A DNA stretch of 64,000 nt from Ruminococcus sp. (GTDB lineage: Bacteria > Bacillota > Clostridia > Oscillospirales > Ruminococcaceae). The stretch lies in assembly GCA_017935095.1 (NCBI GenBank), contig JAGBIH010000016.1, positions 255 through 64,254 on the forward strand, in the 5' to 3' direction. The notes under the pieces are model-generated. The model was not told the origin of the DNA. It did not search any database and worked only from the letters and a program-made list of their open reading frames with translations. The position numbers and the translations under genes were made by a program. Positions 6,975 through 16,894 of the stretch are shown piece after piece. Positions within the stretch are counted from its first letter, which is position 1. Each line of letters opens with the position of its first letter.

Positions 6975-9173
6975 ATGGATACAACTCTGAAAATTGCGGG
7001 CTACTGCCGTATCTCGGTTGACGAGGAACTGGACAGGGACAATACCTCGATTGAAAATCAGAAGGCGATTATACTTGATTATGTAAAGCGGAAATTTCCC
7101 GCAAGCACTGTTGATTTTTATGAGGACCGAGACCGAAGCGGTTACACCTTTGAACAGCGTGAGGGCTATCAGGAGCTTCGCCGTAAAATGCTTGACCTTG
7201 AGTATGACATACTCATTGTCAAGGACTTCTCACGATTCTCCCGACGCAACAGCAAAGGACTTGTAGAGCTGGAAGATTTGCGTGACAGAGGAATGAGAAT
7301 TATCTCAATCGGCGACAGCATTGATTATCCGACCTTTGATGACTGGACAGCAATTCAGTTCCGCTTCCTCATCAATGAAATGCCTGTTACCGATACCTCA
7401 AAAAAGGTCAAGTCGGTTATCAAGCGCAGACAGGAAGAGGGCAAGTGGATTTGCTCTGTGCCATACGGCTATCTTATGGTGAACAATAAAAACGCTCCTA
7501 TTATTGTGGACGAGCCTGCCGCAGAAATTGTCCGAGAGATATTCAACCGCTACTTAGAGGGCTGGGGTTACAAGAAAATCGCAAATTATCTCACCGATAA
7601 GAATTTTCCTACACCCCGAATGGCAGAAAAAATGCGTAAGGAGCAAAACGGCGAGGAGTGCCGTCTGAAAGCAAAGCGTGAGTGGAGTATCATTACCGTC
7701 AGCGAGATTTTGCAGAACGATTTTTATATTGGAACTCTCCGTCAGGGCAAATACAAGCGTCAGCGTATCAACGGCAAGGAGATAAAGCAAAACGAGGTGG
7801 AGCACATTGTTTTTGAGAATAACCACAAGCCTATTGTGGACTTCAAAACCTTTTCAGCCGTACAGGAGCAGATAAAAAAGCGAAGCACCAGCTCGTATCG
7901 TGGAGTTAAGAAATACGATAACGTGTATTCGGGATATATGGTCTGCGGCGACTGCGGAGCACCGATGTTCTCAATGAGCAGAGGAGACCTCGCCCCCGCC
8001 TACACCTGCGGAAGCTATCACAGGCGAGGACTGAAAGGCTGTACCTCTCACCACACAAGAACGGATATGCTTGATGAACTGCTGAAAGATTATATCAGGG
8101 CAATCCGTGATAACTCGGAAGAGATGATTGAAAAGCTGAAGGAATCTCTTGAAAAGGAAAAAACGGAAACAAAACGTAGCAAGTCAACAGTTGAAACCTT
8201 GCAGAAGAATATTGCGGACATCAAGGACGAAATCCGCATTATGCATCGAATGAAAGCCCGTGATATTATCCGTGACCCCGACAAAGAAGAAATCTTTGAG
8301 GAGATTTACGGCGAGCAGATTGATGAGCTTACAAACCGCCTTGACGGACTTCGCAATCAGCTTAATATGACTGCCGACAAGCACAATACCGTTGCAAAGG
8401 TAAACAGAGTTGCAAAAACTGTGTTTGAAATCTTTGATGATATAATCAGCAAGCCGAGCCTGCAAAAGAAAGACCTTGACTTCATATTGGAGAAAATCGT
8501 CATCTATGAAAACAGAATTGAAATTCAGCTGAAAGCCGATATAGACGCACTTCTCACGTCGGGCAGACTGCCTGATACAGAAGAAAACAGCGTGGAAACA
8601 GAGGAAAAAACAGCCGTAAATTTTGAGTCTGACGTTAAAAATATCGTATCAAGCCGACAGATAGTCGTAACGGCTAAAAACCGAAGCGACAAGGTTTTTG
8701 ACGTCAATGTTGTCAGGTACGGCGACCCCCTTGAAATCTATACAAACAGTGACGGCGAAGTAATTTTCAAAAAGTACTCAGCTATAAGTGAAATGAGTGA
8801 AAATGCATCGTACGTAGCGGATATAATGTATAAAATAGCCGGCTGTCCGGTTGTGATATTTGACAAGGATCATGTAGTAGCGTCAGCAGGAGTTCCGAAG
8901 AAGGAATTTGCAGAGCGGCGAGTAACAGGTCAGCTTGAGGAAATCATGGAAAGCAGAGGACAGTATTTTTGTCCTGAGGGAAGTACAAATAATTTTTATC
9001 CGGCAGAGGGGATCGAAAGAACAGCTATAGCTGCTGTTCCGATAATAACGGCAGGAGACATTACGGGAGCGGTAGCATTTCTCAGTTCAGAAAAAAATGC
9101 AGAGGCAACCGATCTTCAGAAAAGCCTGATTAATGCCGCAGCGCAGTTCCTTGCAAGGCAGATTGAGGGATAA
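6975..9173 (+). CDS. Large serine recombinase fused in frame to the SpoVT C-terminal part
   Basis: YCRIS catalytic Ser, DRSG, KDFSRFSR, PYGY, Zn ribbon CGDCG..YTC..C, coiled coil, then GDPLEIY...FLARQIEG. ATG 6975 follows GAAAGGA. Confidence 0.92.
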   Translation: MDTTLKIAGYCRISVDEELDRDNTSIENQKAIILDYVKRKFPASTVDFYEDRDRSGYTFEQREGYQELRRKMLDLEYDILIVKDFSRFSRRNSKGLVELEDLRDRGMRIISIGDSIDYPTFDDWTAIQFRFLINEMPVTDTSKKVKSVIKRRQEEGKWICSVPYGYLMVNNKNAPIIVDEPAAEIVREIFNRYLEGWGYKKIANYLTDKNFPTPRMAEKMRKEQNGEECRLKAKREWSIITVSEILQNDFYIGTLRQGKYKRQRINGKEIKQNEVEHIVFENNHKPIVDFKTFSAVQEQIKKRSTSSYRGVKKYDNVYSGYMVCGDCGAPMFSMSRGDLAPAYTCGSYHRRGLKGCTSHHTRTDMLDELLKDYIRAIRDNSEEMIEKLKESLEKEKTETKRSKSTVETLQKNIADIKDEIRIMHRMKARDIIRDPDKEEIFEEIYGEQIDELTNRLDGLRNQLNMTADKHNTVAKVNRVAKTVFEIFDDIISKPSLQKKDLDFILEKIVIYENRIEIQLKADIDALLTSGRLPDTEENSVETEEKTAVNFESDVKNIVSSRQIVVTAKNRSDKVFDVNVVRYGDPLEIYTNSDGEVIFKKYSAISEMSENASYVADIMYKIAGCPVVIFDKDHVVASAGVPKKEFAERRVTGQLEEIMESRGQYFCPEGSTNNFYPAEGIERTAIAAVPIITAGDITGAVAFLSSEKNAEATDLQKSLINAAAQFLARQIEG
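8721..9173 (+). pseudogene. spoVT: 3' portion of stage V sporulation protein T (last AbrB-like strands plus GAF domain), missing ~30 N-terminal codons
   Basis: GDPLEIYTNSDGEVIFKKYS...D(K)D...PIITAGDITGAV...AAQFLARQIE matches the remembered SpoVT sequence GDPLEIFVDRDGEVILKKYS...AAGFLARQME. Confidence 0.88.
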
Positions 9174-9228
9174 TTTATATTATTGTATAAAATCATTCAG
9201 ATATTAATGGGATGAATAATTTTATCGT

Positions 9229-9255
9229 AAGGGTGGATTGTATTCCGCCCTTTTT
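9229..9255 (+). terminator. Intrinsic terminator of spoVT
   Basis: AAGGGTGGA-ttgtat-TCCGCCCTTTTT. Confidence 0.6.
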
Positions 9256-9361
9256 ATATTTACAGAGAAATTTTCTTCTGGACTTTACAAAATATGGTAT
9301 TTGTAGTATAATTAAAAGGATGACTGAAAAAATCATCCAATAAAATATCGGAGGAATTATT

Positions 9362-9964
9362 ATGTATATTACTTGTCTTGACCTTGAAGGTGTACTTGTA
9401 CCTGAAATCTGGATTGCATTTGCAGAAGCAAGCGGGATTCCGGAGCTGAAAAAAACCACAAGAGACGAGCCTGATTATGATAAGCTTATGAACTGGCGTC
9501 TCGGAGTTCTCAAGGAGCATGGACTCGGACTCAAGGAGATTCAGGAAACTATTGCTAAAATTGATCCGATTCCCGGAGCTAAGGAATTTCTTGATGAGCT
9601 TCGTTCAATCTGTCAGGTTATCATTATAAGCGATACATTTACTCAGTTTGCAACACCTCTTATGAAGAAGCTCGGCTGGCCGACAATTTTCTGCAATTCT
9701 CTTGAAGTGGCTGAAAGCGGCGAAATTACCGGCTTCAAAATGCGTATAGAAAATTCAAAGTATACCACAGTAAAGGCGCTTCAGTCGATTGGCTATGAAA
9801 CTATTGCAAGCGGTGACAGCTATAATGACCTTGGTATGATAAAGGCAAGTAAGGCTGGCTTCCTCTTCAAGAGCACTGATAAAATCAAGGCTGATAATCC
9901 TGAGCTTCCTGCATATGAAACATATGACGAGCTCATGGAGGCAATCAAGGCTGCTATTAAATAA
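9362..9964 (+). CDS. thrH: Phosphoserine phosphatase / homoserine phosphotransferase (HAD)
   Basis: CLDLEGVLVPEIW, TTRDEPDYD, GDSYND motifs. Confidence 0.9.
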   Translation: MYITCLDLEGVLVPEIWIAFAEASGIPELKKTTRDEPDYDKLMNWRLGVLKEHGLGLKEIQETIAKIDPIPGAKEFLDELRSICQVIIISDTFTQFATPLMKKLGWPTIFCNSLEVAESGEITGFKMRIENSKYTTVKALQSIGYETIASGDSYNDLGMIKASKAGFLFKSTDKIKADNPELPAYETYDELMEAIKAAIK

Positions 9965-10154
9965 GTAACGGTAATTAGTGGGCGGACCAATAAATCCGCC
10001 CATAAATTTTTTTGTGAAGCATGTTTTCCTGAGAATTTACAAAAAAACTGTTGACTAATTTCAGGAAATAGTTTATTATTAAATATGCATATGCGTGCTT
10101 GTTGTGCTTGACAATAAGTATGAATCAGATAAAATTGGAGATGCTGCAGAATAA

Positions 10155-10871
10155 ATGCACACAATTAGAAAAATTATCTGTGCTGTGACAGGTGCAGTCA
10201 TGACGGGAGCCGCTGCCCTGAGCGCCTGTTATTTTTCATCAGCTAAGGTCAACAGCAATAAATATCCTGTTTTCGGAGTTGATGTATCAAATTATCAGGG
10301 CGTAATTGACTGGCAGGAGCTTGAAAAGCAGGATGTTTCCTTTGCTTTTATCAAGGCTACTGAGGGAAGCGGTCATGTTGACGAATCGGCAAGAAGAAAT
10401 CTTGAAAATGCAGGAAAAACCGATATAAAAATTTCAGCATATCATTTTTTCAGCTTTGACAGTGCCGGAGAAACTCAGGCTGCAAATTTTATCAGTACAG
10501 TAGGTAAAGATGAAATAGATATGCCGCCTGTGGTTGATATTGAGTACTATGCGGATAAGCAGATAAACAAACCCTCTATGGATGAAACAGAAGTGATACT
10601 CCGTCCGCTCCTTGAGGAGCTTGAAGAGCATTACGGCGAAAAGCCGATAATCTATACCACTATCCCTGTGTATTTACGTTATGTGCGTGAGGACTTCAGC
10701 GATTATCCTTTGTGGATTCGCAGCGTGAATTTTGAGCCTGATTTGCTTGACTGGAAATTCTGGCAGTATTGTGACAGCGGTGAGCTGTATGGATATGACG
10801 GTGACGAGGAACATATAGATTTCAATGTATATAACGGAACAGAGGAAGATTTTTCAGCTGAATTTTCGTGA
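10155..10871 (+). CDS. GH25 lysozyme/muramidase
   Basis: GVDVSNYQG, FIKATEG, AYHFF, PVVDIE, FWQY, signal-like N-terminus. Confidence 0.88.
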   Translation: MHTIRKIICAVTGAVMTGAAALSACYFSSAKVNSNKYPVFGVDVSNYQGVIDWQELEKQDVSFAFIKATEGSGHVDESARRNLENAGKTDIKISAYHFFSFDSAGETQAANFISTVGKDEIDMPPVVDIEYYADKQINKPSMDETEVILRPLLEELEEHYGEKPIIYTTIPVYLRYVREDFSDYPLWIRSVNFEPDLLDWKFWQYCDSGELYGYDGDEEHIDFNVYNGTEEDFSAEFS

Positions 10872-10888
10872 AAAGACGGAGGAGATTA

Positions 10889-11884
10889 ATGAAACCATTT
10901 GAACTGATACCGCCGATAAAGGACTATATTTGGGGCGGAACAAGGCTTCGTGATGAATATGGCAAGGAAAGCGGACTTGAAAGACTTGCGGAGAGCTGGG
11001 AGCTGAGCTGTCATAAGGACGGTGAGAGCATTGTTGCAGACGGTGAATATGCCGGTAAGACGCTGTCGGAATTCCTCAGCGTACATCCTGAAGCGCTCGG
11101 AGAGCACTGCACTGAATTCAGGGATTTCCCGATACTGGTCAAGCTGATTGACGCAAGGGATAATCTGTCTGTTCAGGTGCATCCTGACAATGAGTATGCA
11201 CGTAAATACGAGAATGACAATGGTAAAACCGAGATGTGGTACATCGTGGACTGCGATGAGGGTGCAGAGCTGATTTACGGCTTCAAAGAGAAAATAACAA
11301 AAGAGATGTTCCGCAAAGCAATTGAGGAGAATACCCTTCTTGACTACGTGAACAGAGTGCCTGTGAAAAAAGGCGATGTTTTCTTTATCGAACCGGGAAC
11401 ACTTCATGCAATAGGCAAGGGCATACTGATTGCCGAGATACAGCAAAGCTCGAATGTTACCTATCGTGTGTACGATTACGGCAGAACAGGTGCTGACGGC
11501 AAGCCGCGTGAGCTTCATATTGAAAAGGCACTTGAAGTAACTGCTGTTGAACCTCCGTCAAGAAAATACGGTCAGCCTGAAGCTGTGAAAATGCCTCATG
11601 CATGGCGTACACCGCTTGCTTTCTGTGAATATTTTTCAACGGTTAAATATGATATTTCTGATTATCTGCAATTCAGCAGTCCGGAAAGCTTCTTCCATAT
11701 TCTCGTTATTGAAGGTGAGGCAGATATATATTGCGAAAATCATGAGGATGCACAGTCAGAAGACAGCAGAATCATAAAACTTAAAAAAGGCTCAAGCGTA
11801 TTTGTTCCGGCAGGAGCAGATCCGTGCTATATAAAAGGCAGATGTACTATTATTCTGACAAATAATGTAAGGAGGAATTCATAA
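10889..11884 (+). CDS. manA: Class I mannose-6-phosphate isomerase
   Basis: IWGG, LSVQVHP, GKTEMW, GTLHA, EIQQSSNVTYR. Confidence 0.9.
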   Translation: MKPFELIPPIKDYIWGGTRLRDEYGKESGLERLAESWELSCHKDGESIVADGEYAGKTLSEFLSVHPEALGEHCTEFRDFPILVKLIDARDNLSVQVHPDNEYARKYENDNGKTEMWYIVDCDEGAELIYGFKEKITKEMFRKAIEENTLLDYVNRVPVKKGDVFFIEPGTLHAIGKGILIAEIQQSSNVTYRVYDYGRTGADGKPRELHIEKALEVTAVEPPSRKYGQPEAVKMPHAWRTPLAFCEYFSTVKYDISDYLQFSSPESFFHILVIEGEADIYCENHEDAQSEDSRIIKLKKGSSVFVPAGADPCYIKGRCTIILTNNVRRNS

Positions 11885-12840
11885 TGAAATATTATGTAGG
11901 TATTGATCTCGGAGGTACAAACATCGTTGCAGGTGTTGTTGACGAGGAATACAGAATTATTGCAAAGGCAAGCACAAAAACCAATTGTCCCAGACCCGAA
12001 AAGGAAATTGCGGACGATATGGCAAAAATGGCTCTTCAGGCTGTAAAGAACGCTAATCTTACCATTGATGACATTGAATGGGTGGGTGTAGGAACTCCCG
12101 GTATCGCAAACAGCGCAACAGGAATTATCGAGTATTCAAATAATCTCGGCTTCAGAAATACTCCTATGGTGAAGTATATTCAGGAGACTATCAACAAGCC
12201 TGTTTTCATTGAAAACGACGCTAATGCTGCTGCATACGGCGAGTACGTTGCAGGTGCGGCAAAGGGCGCAAAGAATGCCGTATGTATAACACTCGGAACA
12301 GGTGTAGGCGGCGGAATTATCATCGACGGCAAAATCTATTCAGGCTCCAATTTTGCAGGAGCAGAAATCGGTCATACTGTTATCGAGGTTGACGGACCTC
12401 AGTGCTCATGCGGACGCAAGGGCTGTTTTGAGGTGTTCTCCTCAGCAACAGGACTTATCAGAATGTCCAAGGAGGCTATGGCAGCCTGCCCTGAAAGTGT
12501 AATGAACAAAATGGCTAAGGAAAACGGTAAGGTTACGGCACGTACATCCTTTGACGCTATGAGAGCAGGCGATAAGACAGCAAAGGAAGTTGTTGACAAG
12601 TACATAAAGTACCTCGCTGCAGGTATTACAAATACAATCAATATTTTCCAGCCTGATGTGCTTTGCATAGGCGGAGGAGTATGCAATGAGGGTGACCCGC
12701 TGCTTCTTCCTGTAAAGGCACTCGTTAAGGAAGAGGTATACACAAGAAATTCCGAGAAGAACGCTGAAATTGTAATTGCAAAGCTTGGAAATGACGCAGG
12801 AATTATCGGTGCGGCATTCCTCGGACGTGCAAATTCATAA
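11884..12840 (+). CDS. ROK-family sugar kinase (gluco/mannokinase)
   Basis: GIDLGGT, ENDANAAA, TLGTGVGGG, EIGH, CSCGRKGC. Confidence 0.9.
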   Translation: MKYYVGIDLGGTNIVAGVVDEEYRIIAKASTKTNCPRPEKEIADDMAKMALQAVKNANLTIDDIEWVGVGTPGIANSATGIIEYSNNLGFRNTPMVKYIQETINKPVFIENDANAAAYGEYVAGAAKGAKNAVCITLGTGVGGGIIIDGKIYSGSNFAGAEIGHTVIEVDGPQCSCGRKGCFEVFSSATGLIRMSKEAMAACPESVMNKMAKENGKVTARTSFDAMRAGDKTAKEVVDKYIKYLAAGITNTINIFQPDVLCIGGGVCNEGDPLLLPVKALVKEEVYTRNSEKNAEIVIAKLGNDAGIIGAAFLGRANS

Positions 12841-12984
12841 TAAGCTTCATATAAAATGTATAGGCTATATGCACAGATATTTATGCTGATTTTTGTGCAT
12901 ATAGCCGTTTTTTTGTTTGCTGTGCAGCAATTTTCTGTTTTTACGACACTAAGTTTATGAATCGATTCAAAAGGAGGGATTGCC

Positions 12985-13497
12985 ATGAATGATTTCTCCG
13001 CTGACGTCAGACTCGCAAAGGAGGGAAGTGCAGCGGCTTTTTCACGGCTTTATTCCATGGTATATAAGGATCTGTACCACATTGCCCTCTATAGCCTGAG
13101 AAGCCCGCATGACGCAAGTGACGTAGTCAGCGATACGGTTCTTGATGCTTTCTGCTCTATCGGTAAGCTCAGGGACGTTCAAAGCTTCCGCAGCTGGATA
13201 ATGTCCATACTCTCAGCAAAAATAAAGCGAAGACAGCGTGAATATTTTGATACGGCTGACGAGCTTGAGGACGAAACCTGTATAGATGAGTTCGACTTTG
13301 ATTCCGTGGAGCTGAAGGAGGCTCTCGGAAAGCTTGACAGCGAATCGAGACTGCTGCTTTCGATGGCAGTACTCGGAGGATATACCAGTGAAGAGCTTGC
13401 GGACATCTGTAAAATCAAAGCAGGTACGGTACGCTCAAGGCTTACGAGGATAAAAAAACAGCTCCGTCTGGAGCTGACGCCAAAATTGTTGGAATAA
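12985..13497 (+). CDS. ECF RNA polymerase sigma factor
   Basis: HDASDVVSD, FRSWI, GTVRSRLTR region 2/4 motifs. Confidence 0.85.
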   Translation: MNDFSADVRLAKEGSAAAFSRLYSMVYKDLYHIALYSLRSPHDASDVVSDTVLDAFCSIGKLRDVQSFRSWIMSILSAKIKRRQREYFDTADELEDETCIDEFDFDSVELKEALGKLDSESRLLLSMAVLGGYTSEELADICKIKAGTVRSRLTRIKKQLRLELTPKLLE

Positions 13498-13516
13498 CCG
13501 AAAGGAGTTATGCAGC

Positions 13517-15880
13517 ATGAATAAAAATGATGATAAAGTAAAACGGCTTCTTGAATCAGCACCTGTGCCGCAGGAGCTGGAACCCGAAAATATAAGAATC
13601 ATGCTGGAGGGAAAAGCTCCGGCGAAAAAGAGAAAGAAAATCAGCGTTGCCGCAAGAATTACCGCAGGAGCAGCTGCGTGTGCAGTACTTTGCGGAACAG
13701 CTGTGCATCTTGCAGAACAAGGAAATTTTATAAATAAAGAGGACGGAAAAGACCATGAGAAGAATTTCATTGTGAAGACTACCGAGTCTGAGACGTCCGG
13801 AAGAACAGAAAAAGAACCAATTGTACCCGTGTCATACATGAGCGGTGCCGAGAGCTATGAGCAGATTTATTATTTGCTCAGTGAGGCTTCGGAGCGGTAT
13901 AAAGAGGAAGAAAATACACGTTTGCAGTATTTCGGCGATATGGCTGTTGAAGAGGATGCGATGGAGACCCCGGATGCTGAAACCAGCTTTACCGGCTCTG
14001 GTACAATGACTGAAGGTACAGCCACTATTGATAAGAACTTCAATGGCACTCTTGAACCGGCTGATGACGATGATGACTCCTATTCCGAGACGTATAATCA
14101 GGAAAGCGGAGTGCTTGAGGCTGATATTGCCAAAACCGACGGCAGATATATCTATTATCTTCATAATGAATCAAACAATACTTATGACGGATCGTATAAA
14201 ATCACTCCTGAGCTGAATGTAGCTGCAGTTGATAACGGAAGCTTTATCAGTTCAACAGATATTGATTTGTCAGTGGGTCTTGATAATATTTATGGTGAAG
14301 ATTATGATATCGGTGCTTCTGTAATGGATATGTATCTGTATAATGATATGCTGCTTGTTATCGGCAATATAAATGCACATTCAAAAATCGACCAGAAGGT
14401 ATACAATGAAATGTACGATCATGTATATCCGACTTACAGAGTAAAAAACTCTGTATTTGTCTCGGTGTATACAACAGGAGATAATCCGCAGCTTGTTGAC
14501 ACGTACTATCAGGAGGGGCATTACAGTGACGTAAGAATTGCTCCTGACGGCTATATGTATCTGATTACGGATTATACAAGTGAATCGTTTGAGCAGATAA
14601 CGGATAAGAGCTATATCGAGCGCTATATACCAACCTGCGGAACCTTTGAGACGTTTGACTGCATTCCGCATGATGATCTGCTGCTCCCTGAGGAGGGCAT
14701 TGCGGACAGCAATAATATATCATACAAGGTTATCAGTGGTCTTGACCTCAATACTACGGGACAGATTACAGCCGTTGAATCAAAGGCGCTGACAGGTTAT
14801 TCGGGAAATATCTACTGCACAGCTGAAAACCTCTATACAGCGTCAGCCTGTGCAGATAAGACAAATAAACATACTGCAGCAGAAGAAAGTCGTGTAAAGA
14901 TTTTCAGAAGAGGCGGGATGTCTACCGAAATTACACGTATTGCAATCGGCGGAGGCAGAATTACTCCTGCCGCATCGGGAAAGGTTGAGGGAACAATCAA
15001 AGACCAGTTCTCGATGAGCGAGTATAACGGCTATTTCAGAATTGTTACTACAAATGAAGAATTTGAGGAGGTATTCCATAAATACGTCGACGAACCATGG
15101 TATAATAAAGAAATGAATTACGACGATGAAGGCTATTACTCATATGACCTTGTAAAGCGTGATAACCGTGTCTATGTCCTTGATATGGATATGAATGTAG
15201 TCGGAAGCGTTCAGGATTTCGGCATAAATGAGTCGGTCAAGTCGGTCAGCTTCAGCGGTGACCTTGCCTACGTTGTAACCTATGAGCAGACAGACCCTCT
15301 GTTTGCGATTGACCTCAGTGAGCCGACAAATCCCACTATTCTTGACGAATTCAAGATTCTCGGATACAGCACCTATATGCAGCAGTGGGACGACGGACTT
15401 CTTCTCGGTTTCGGTGCTGATGCTGATGAAAACGGCATTGAGACAGGAGTGAAGCTTGTTATGTTTGACAACTCTGATCCGGATAATCTTGATGAGGTGG
15501 GCTTATACGCGATAAATCACGGTGAAAATGAATGGAAGTATTCTCCGGCAATGTACGAGCGTAAGGCACTGCTTATTGCTCCGGAGAAGAATCTTATCGG
15601 AGTTCCGATTGTAAGCGAAAGCTATGAATCAGCAATGATAGATACGGTATACGGTGATGAATGGAAGGTCAGAAGCCGTTATATGCTGTTCTCATATGAC
15701 AACGGTGAATTCACCTTAAAGGGAGAAGTAGGCGGTTCATATGAATGGAGCAAGCAATCAGACGGATTTTTTGACAGAGCTGTATATATCGGCGATTATA
15801 TTTATGTATTATCGGGAAAGCGTTTTGTTTCAGCTGATATCGAAACATTTACAGTAGCTGATGAGATTGAATTCAATTAA
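13517..15880 (+). CDS. Membrane-anchored beta-propeller-domain protein, probable anti-sigma partner
   Basis: Short N-terminus plus TM, then EADIAKTDG, DQFSMSEYNGYFRIVTT, YVVTYEQTDPLFAIDLS, GYSTYM. Confidence 0.8.
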   Translation: MNKNDDKVKRLLESAPVPQELEPENIRIMLEGKAPAKKRKKISVAARITAGAAACAVLCGTAVHLAEQGNFINKEDGKDHEKNFIVKTTESETSGRTEKEPIVPVSYMSGAESYEQIYYLLSEASERYKEEENTRLQYFGDMAVEEDAMETPDAETSFTGSGTMTEGTATIDKNFNGTLEPADDDDDSYSETYNQESGVLEADIAKTDGRYIYYLHNESNNTYDGSYKITPELNVAAVDNGSFISSTDIDLSVGLDNIYGEDYDIGASVMDMYLYNDMLLVIGNINAHSKIDQKVYNEMYDHVYPTYRVKNSVFVSVYTTGDNPQLVDTYYQEGHYSDVRIAPDGYMYLITDYTSESFEQITDKSYIERYIPTCGTFETFDCIPHDDLLLPEEGIADSNNISYKVISGLDLNTTGQITAVESKALTGYSGNIYCTAENLYTASACADKTNKHTAAEESRVKIFRRGGMSTEITRIAIGGGRITPAASGKVEGTIKDQFSMSEYNGYFRIVTTNEEFEEVFHKYVDEPWYNKEMNYDDEGYYSYDLVKRDNRVYVLDMDMNVVGSVQDFGINESVKSVSFSGDLAYVVTYEQTDPLFAIDLSEPTNPTILDEFKILGYSTYMQQWDDGLLLGFGADADENGIETGVKLVMFDNSDPDNLDEVGLYAINHGENEWKYSPAMYERKALLIAPEKNLIGVPIVSESYESAMIDTVYGDEWKVRSRYMLFSYDNGEFTLKGEVGGSYEWSKQSDGFFDRAVYIGDYIYVLSGKRFVSADIETFTVADEIEFN

Positions 15881-15883
15881 AAT

Positions 15884-16184
15884 AGGGGAGCGCATAAGGG
15901 TACTGTTCATATAGAAGCTTTATATGTATATATCGGGGGAAACCTTTCTGAGGAAAGGTTTCCCCCGTACCCCCTTCCAAAGACTTTTAATGCTAATTTC
16001 AGCCTGACAGAGCACACATAAAGAAATTTAAAATTCTTTCCATGTTTAGTGTGTGCTCTGTCAGGCTGAAATTAAAACTGAAAGTTTTAGGAAAGGAGTT
16101 TGAGGAAAACCCTTTTTCAAAAGGGTTTTCCTCAATAATATACGTAAAAACTTTTGTAAGAACTGTATCCTTAAGTGCTCCCCT
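15884..16184. repeat. Nested-palindrome MITE/REP-like element between convergent genes
   Basis: 25-bp imperfect terminal IRs, perfect 25-bp internal IR (15994-16018/16050-16074), hairpins 15934-15967 and 16100-16135. Confidence 0.7.
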
Positions 16185-16205
16185 TGGTTTGTAATATGCT
16201 GTTTA

Positions 16206-16709
16206 TCATTGGCTGGTCAGCGTACCGCAGTATGTTACGCCGTCAATAGTGAGAGTGACGTTTTTTGAGACTGTGTTTTTGCTTTCACGATAGCCGTCAT
16301 CATATATTCCGAGAGTGTTAGGAATTCCCGATATTTCGGATATATTCCTGTGCTGTCCTCTGATACCGCCCGTCCTCACGCAATAATGACAGTGCGACCC
16401 CGTAGAACGTCCGGTGCTGCCCTCAATGCCGATAACATCGGTGATTCTGACGTGCTGACCGACAGCAACCTTAATTTCGCTGAGATGACCAAAATAATAC
16501 CAGTCATCAGAGTTGTCCTGCCTGACTGCAACAAATTGACCGAACCCCTGAGAGTGGTTATCTGGATTTTCCCAGCGTGCAATCTGCACTGTTCCGTTGA
16601 CAGTGGAATGGACCTCCTTGCTGTCTATCCCCACAAGGTCAAGACCATCATGAGCGGTGCCCTTGTATTCCTGTGTTACACGGAAATTCCCCATATATGG
16701 ACTGTTCAT
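16206..16709 (-). CDS. M23-family peptidase (endolysin-like)
   Basis: HDGLD, GHL, GSTGRSTGSHCH motifs, no signal peptide. Confidence 0.85.
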   Translation of the reverse strand: MNSPYMGNFRVTQEYKGTAHDGLDLVGIDSKEVHSTVNGTVQIARWENPDNHSQGFGQFVAVRQDNSDDWYYFGHLSEIKVAVGQHVRITDVIGIEGSTGRSTGSHCHYCVRTGGIRGQHRNISEISGIPNTLGIYDDGYRESKNTVSKNVTLTIDGVTYCGTLTSQ

Positions 16710-16894
16710 TTACGTTCCTCCTTTGAATTTTTAGCTTTCTGAGTTCCGAAATAGAAAGCGATTACAGTTGAAAAAACCGTCTGAAACTGTTCCGCAGACA
16801 GTTTAGCGGTCAGTGACAGCACTGAAAAAATCAATGTAAGGGTCAGAGTGATAATTGATTTTACGTCGATTAATTTAATCAGCTTTTCTTTCAT
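16706..16894 (-). CDS. Holin-like two-TM protein (62 aa)
   Basis: LIDVKSIITL...VIAFYFGTQ, basic C-terminus, GGAAAGGA RBS. Confidence 0.7.
   Translation of the reverse strand: MKEKLIKLIDVKSIITLTLTLIFSVLSLTAKLSAEQFQTVFSTVIAFYFGTQKAKNSKEERK

Larger units (their letters stand above)
1..8720. mobile_element. Right part of an integrative (IME/skin-like) element inserted in spoVT; left end lies upstream of the window
   Basis: Large serine recombinase abuts and fuses to an N-terminally truncated spoVT. HTH, RHH-like and XRE genes, an IS and a pseudogene lie upstream, and core genes start right after. Confidence 0.8.
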
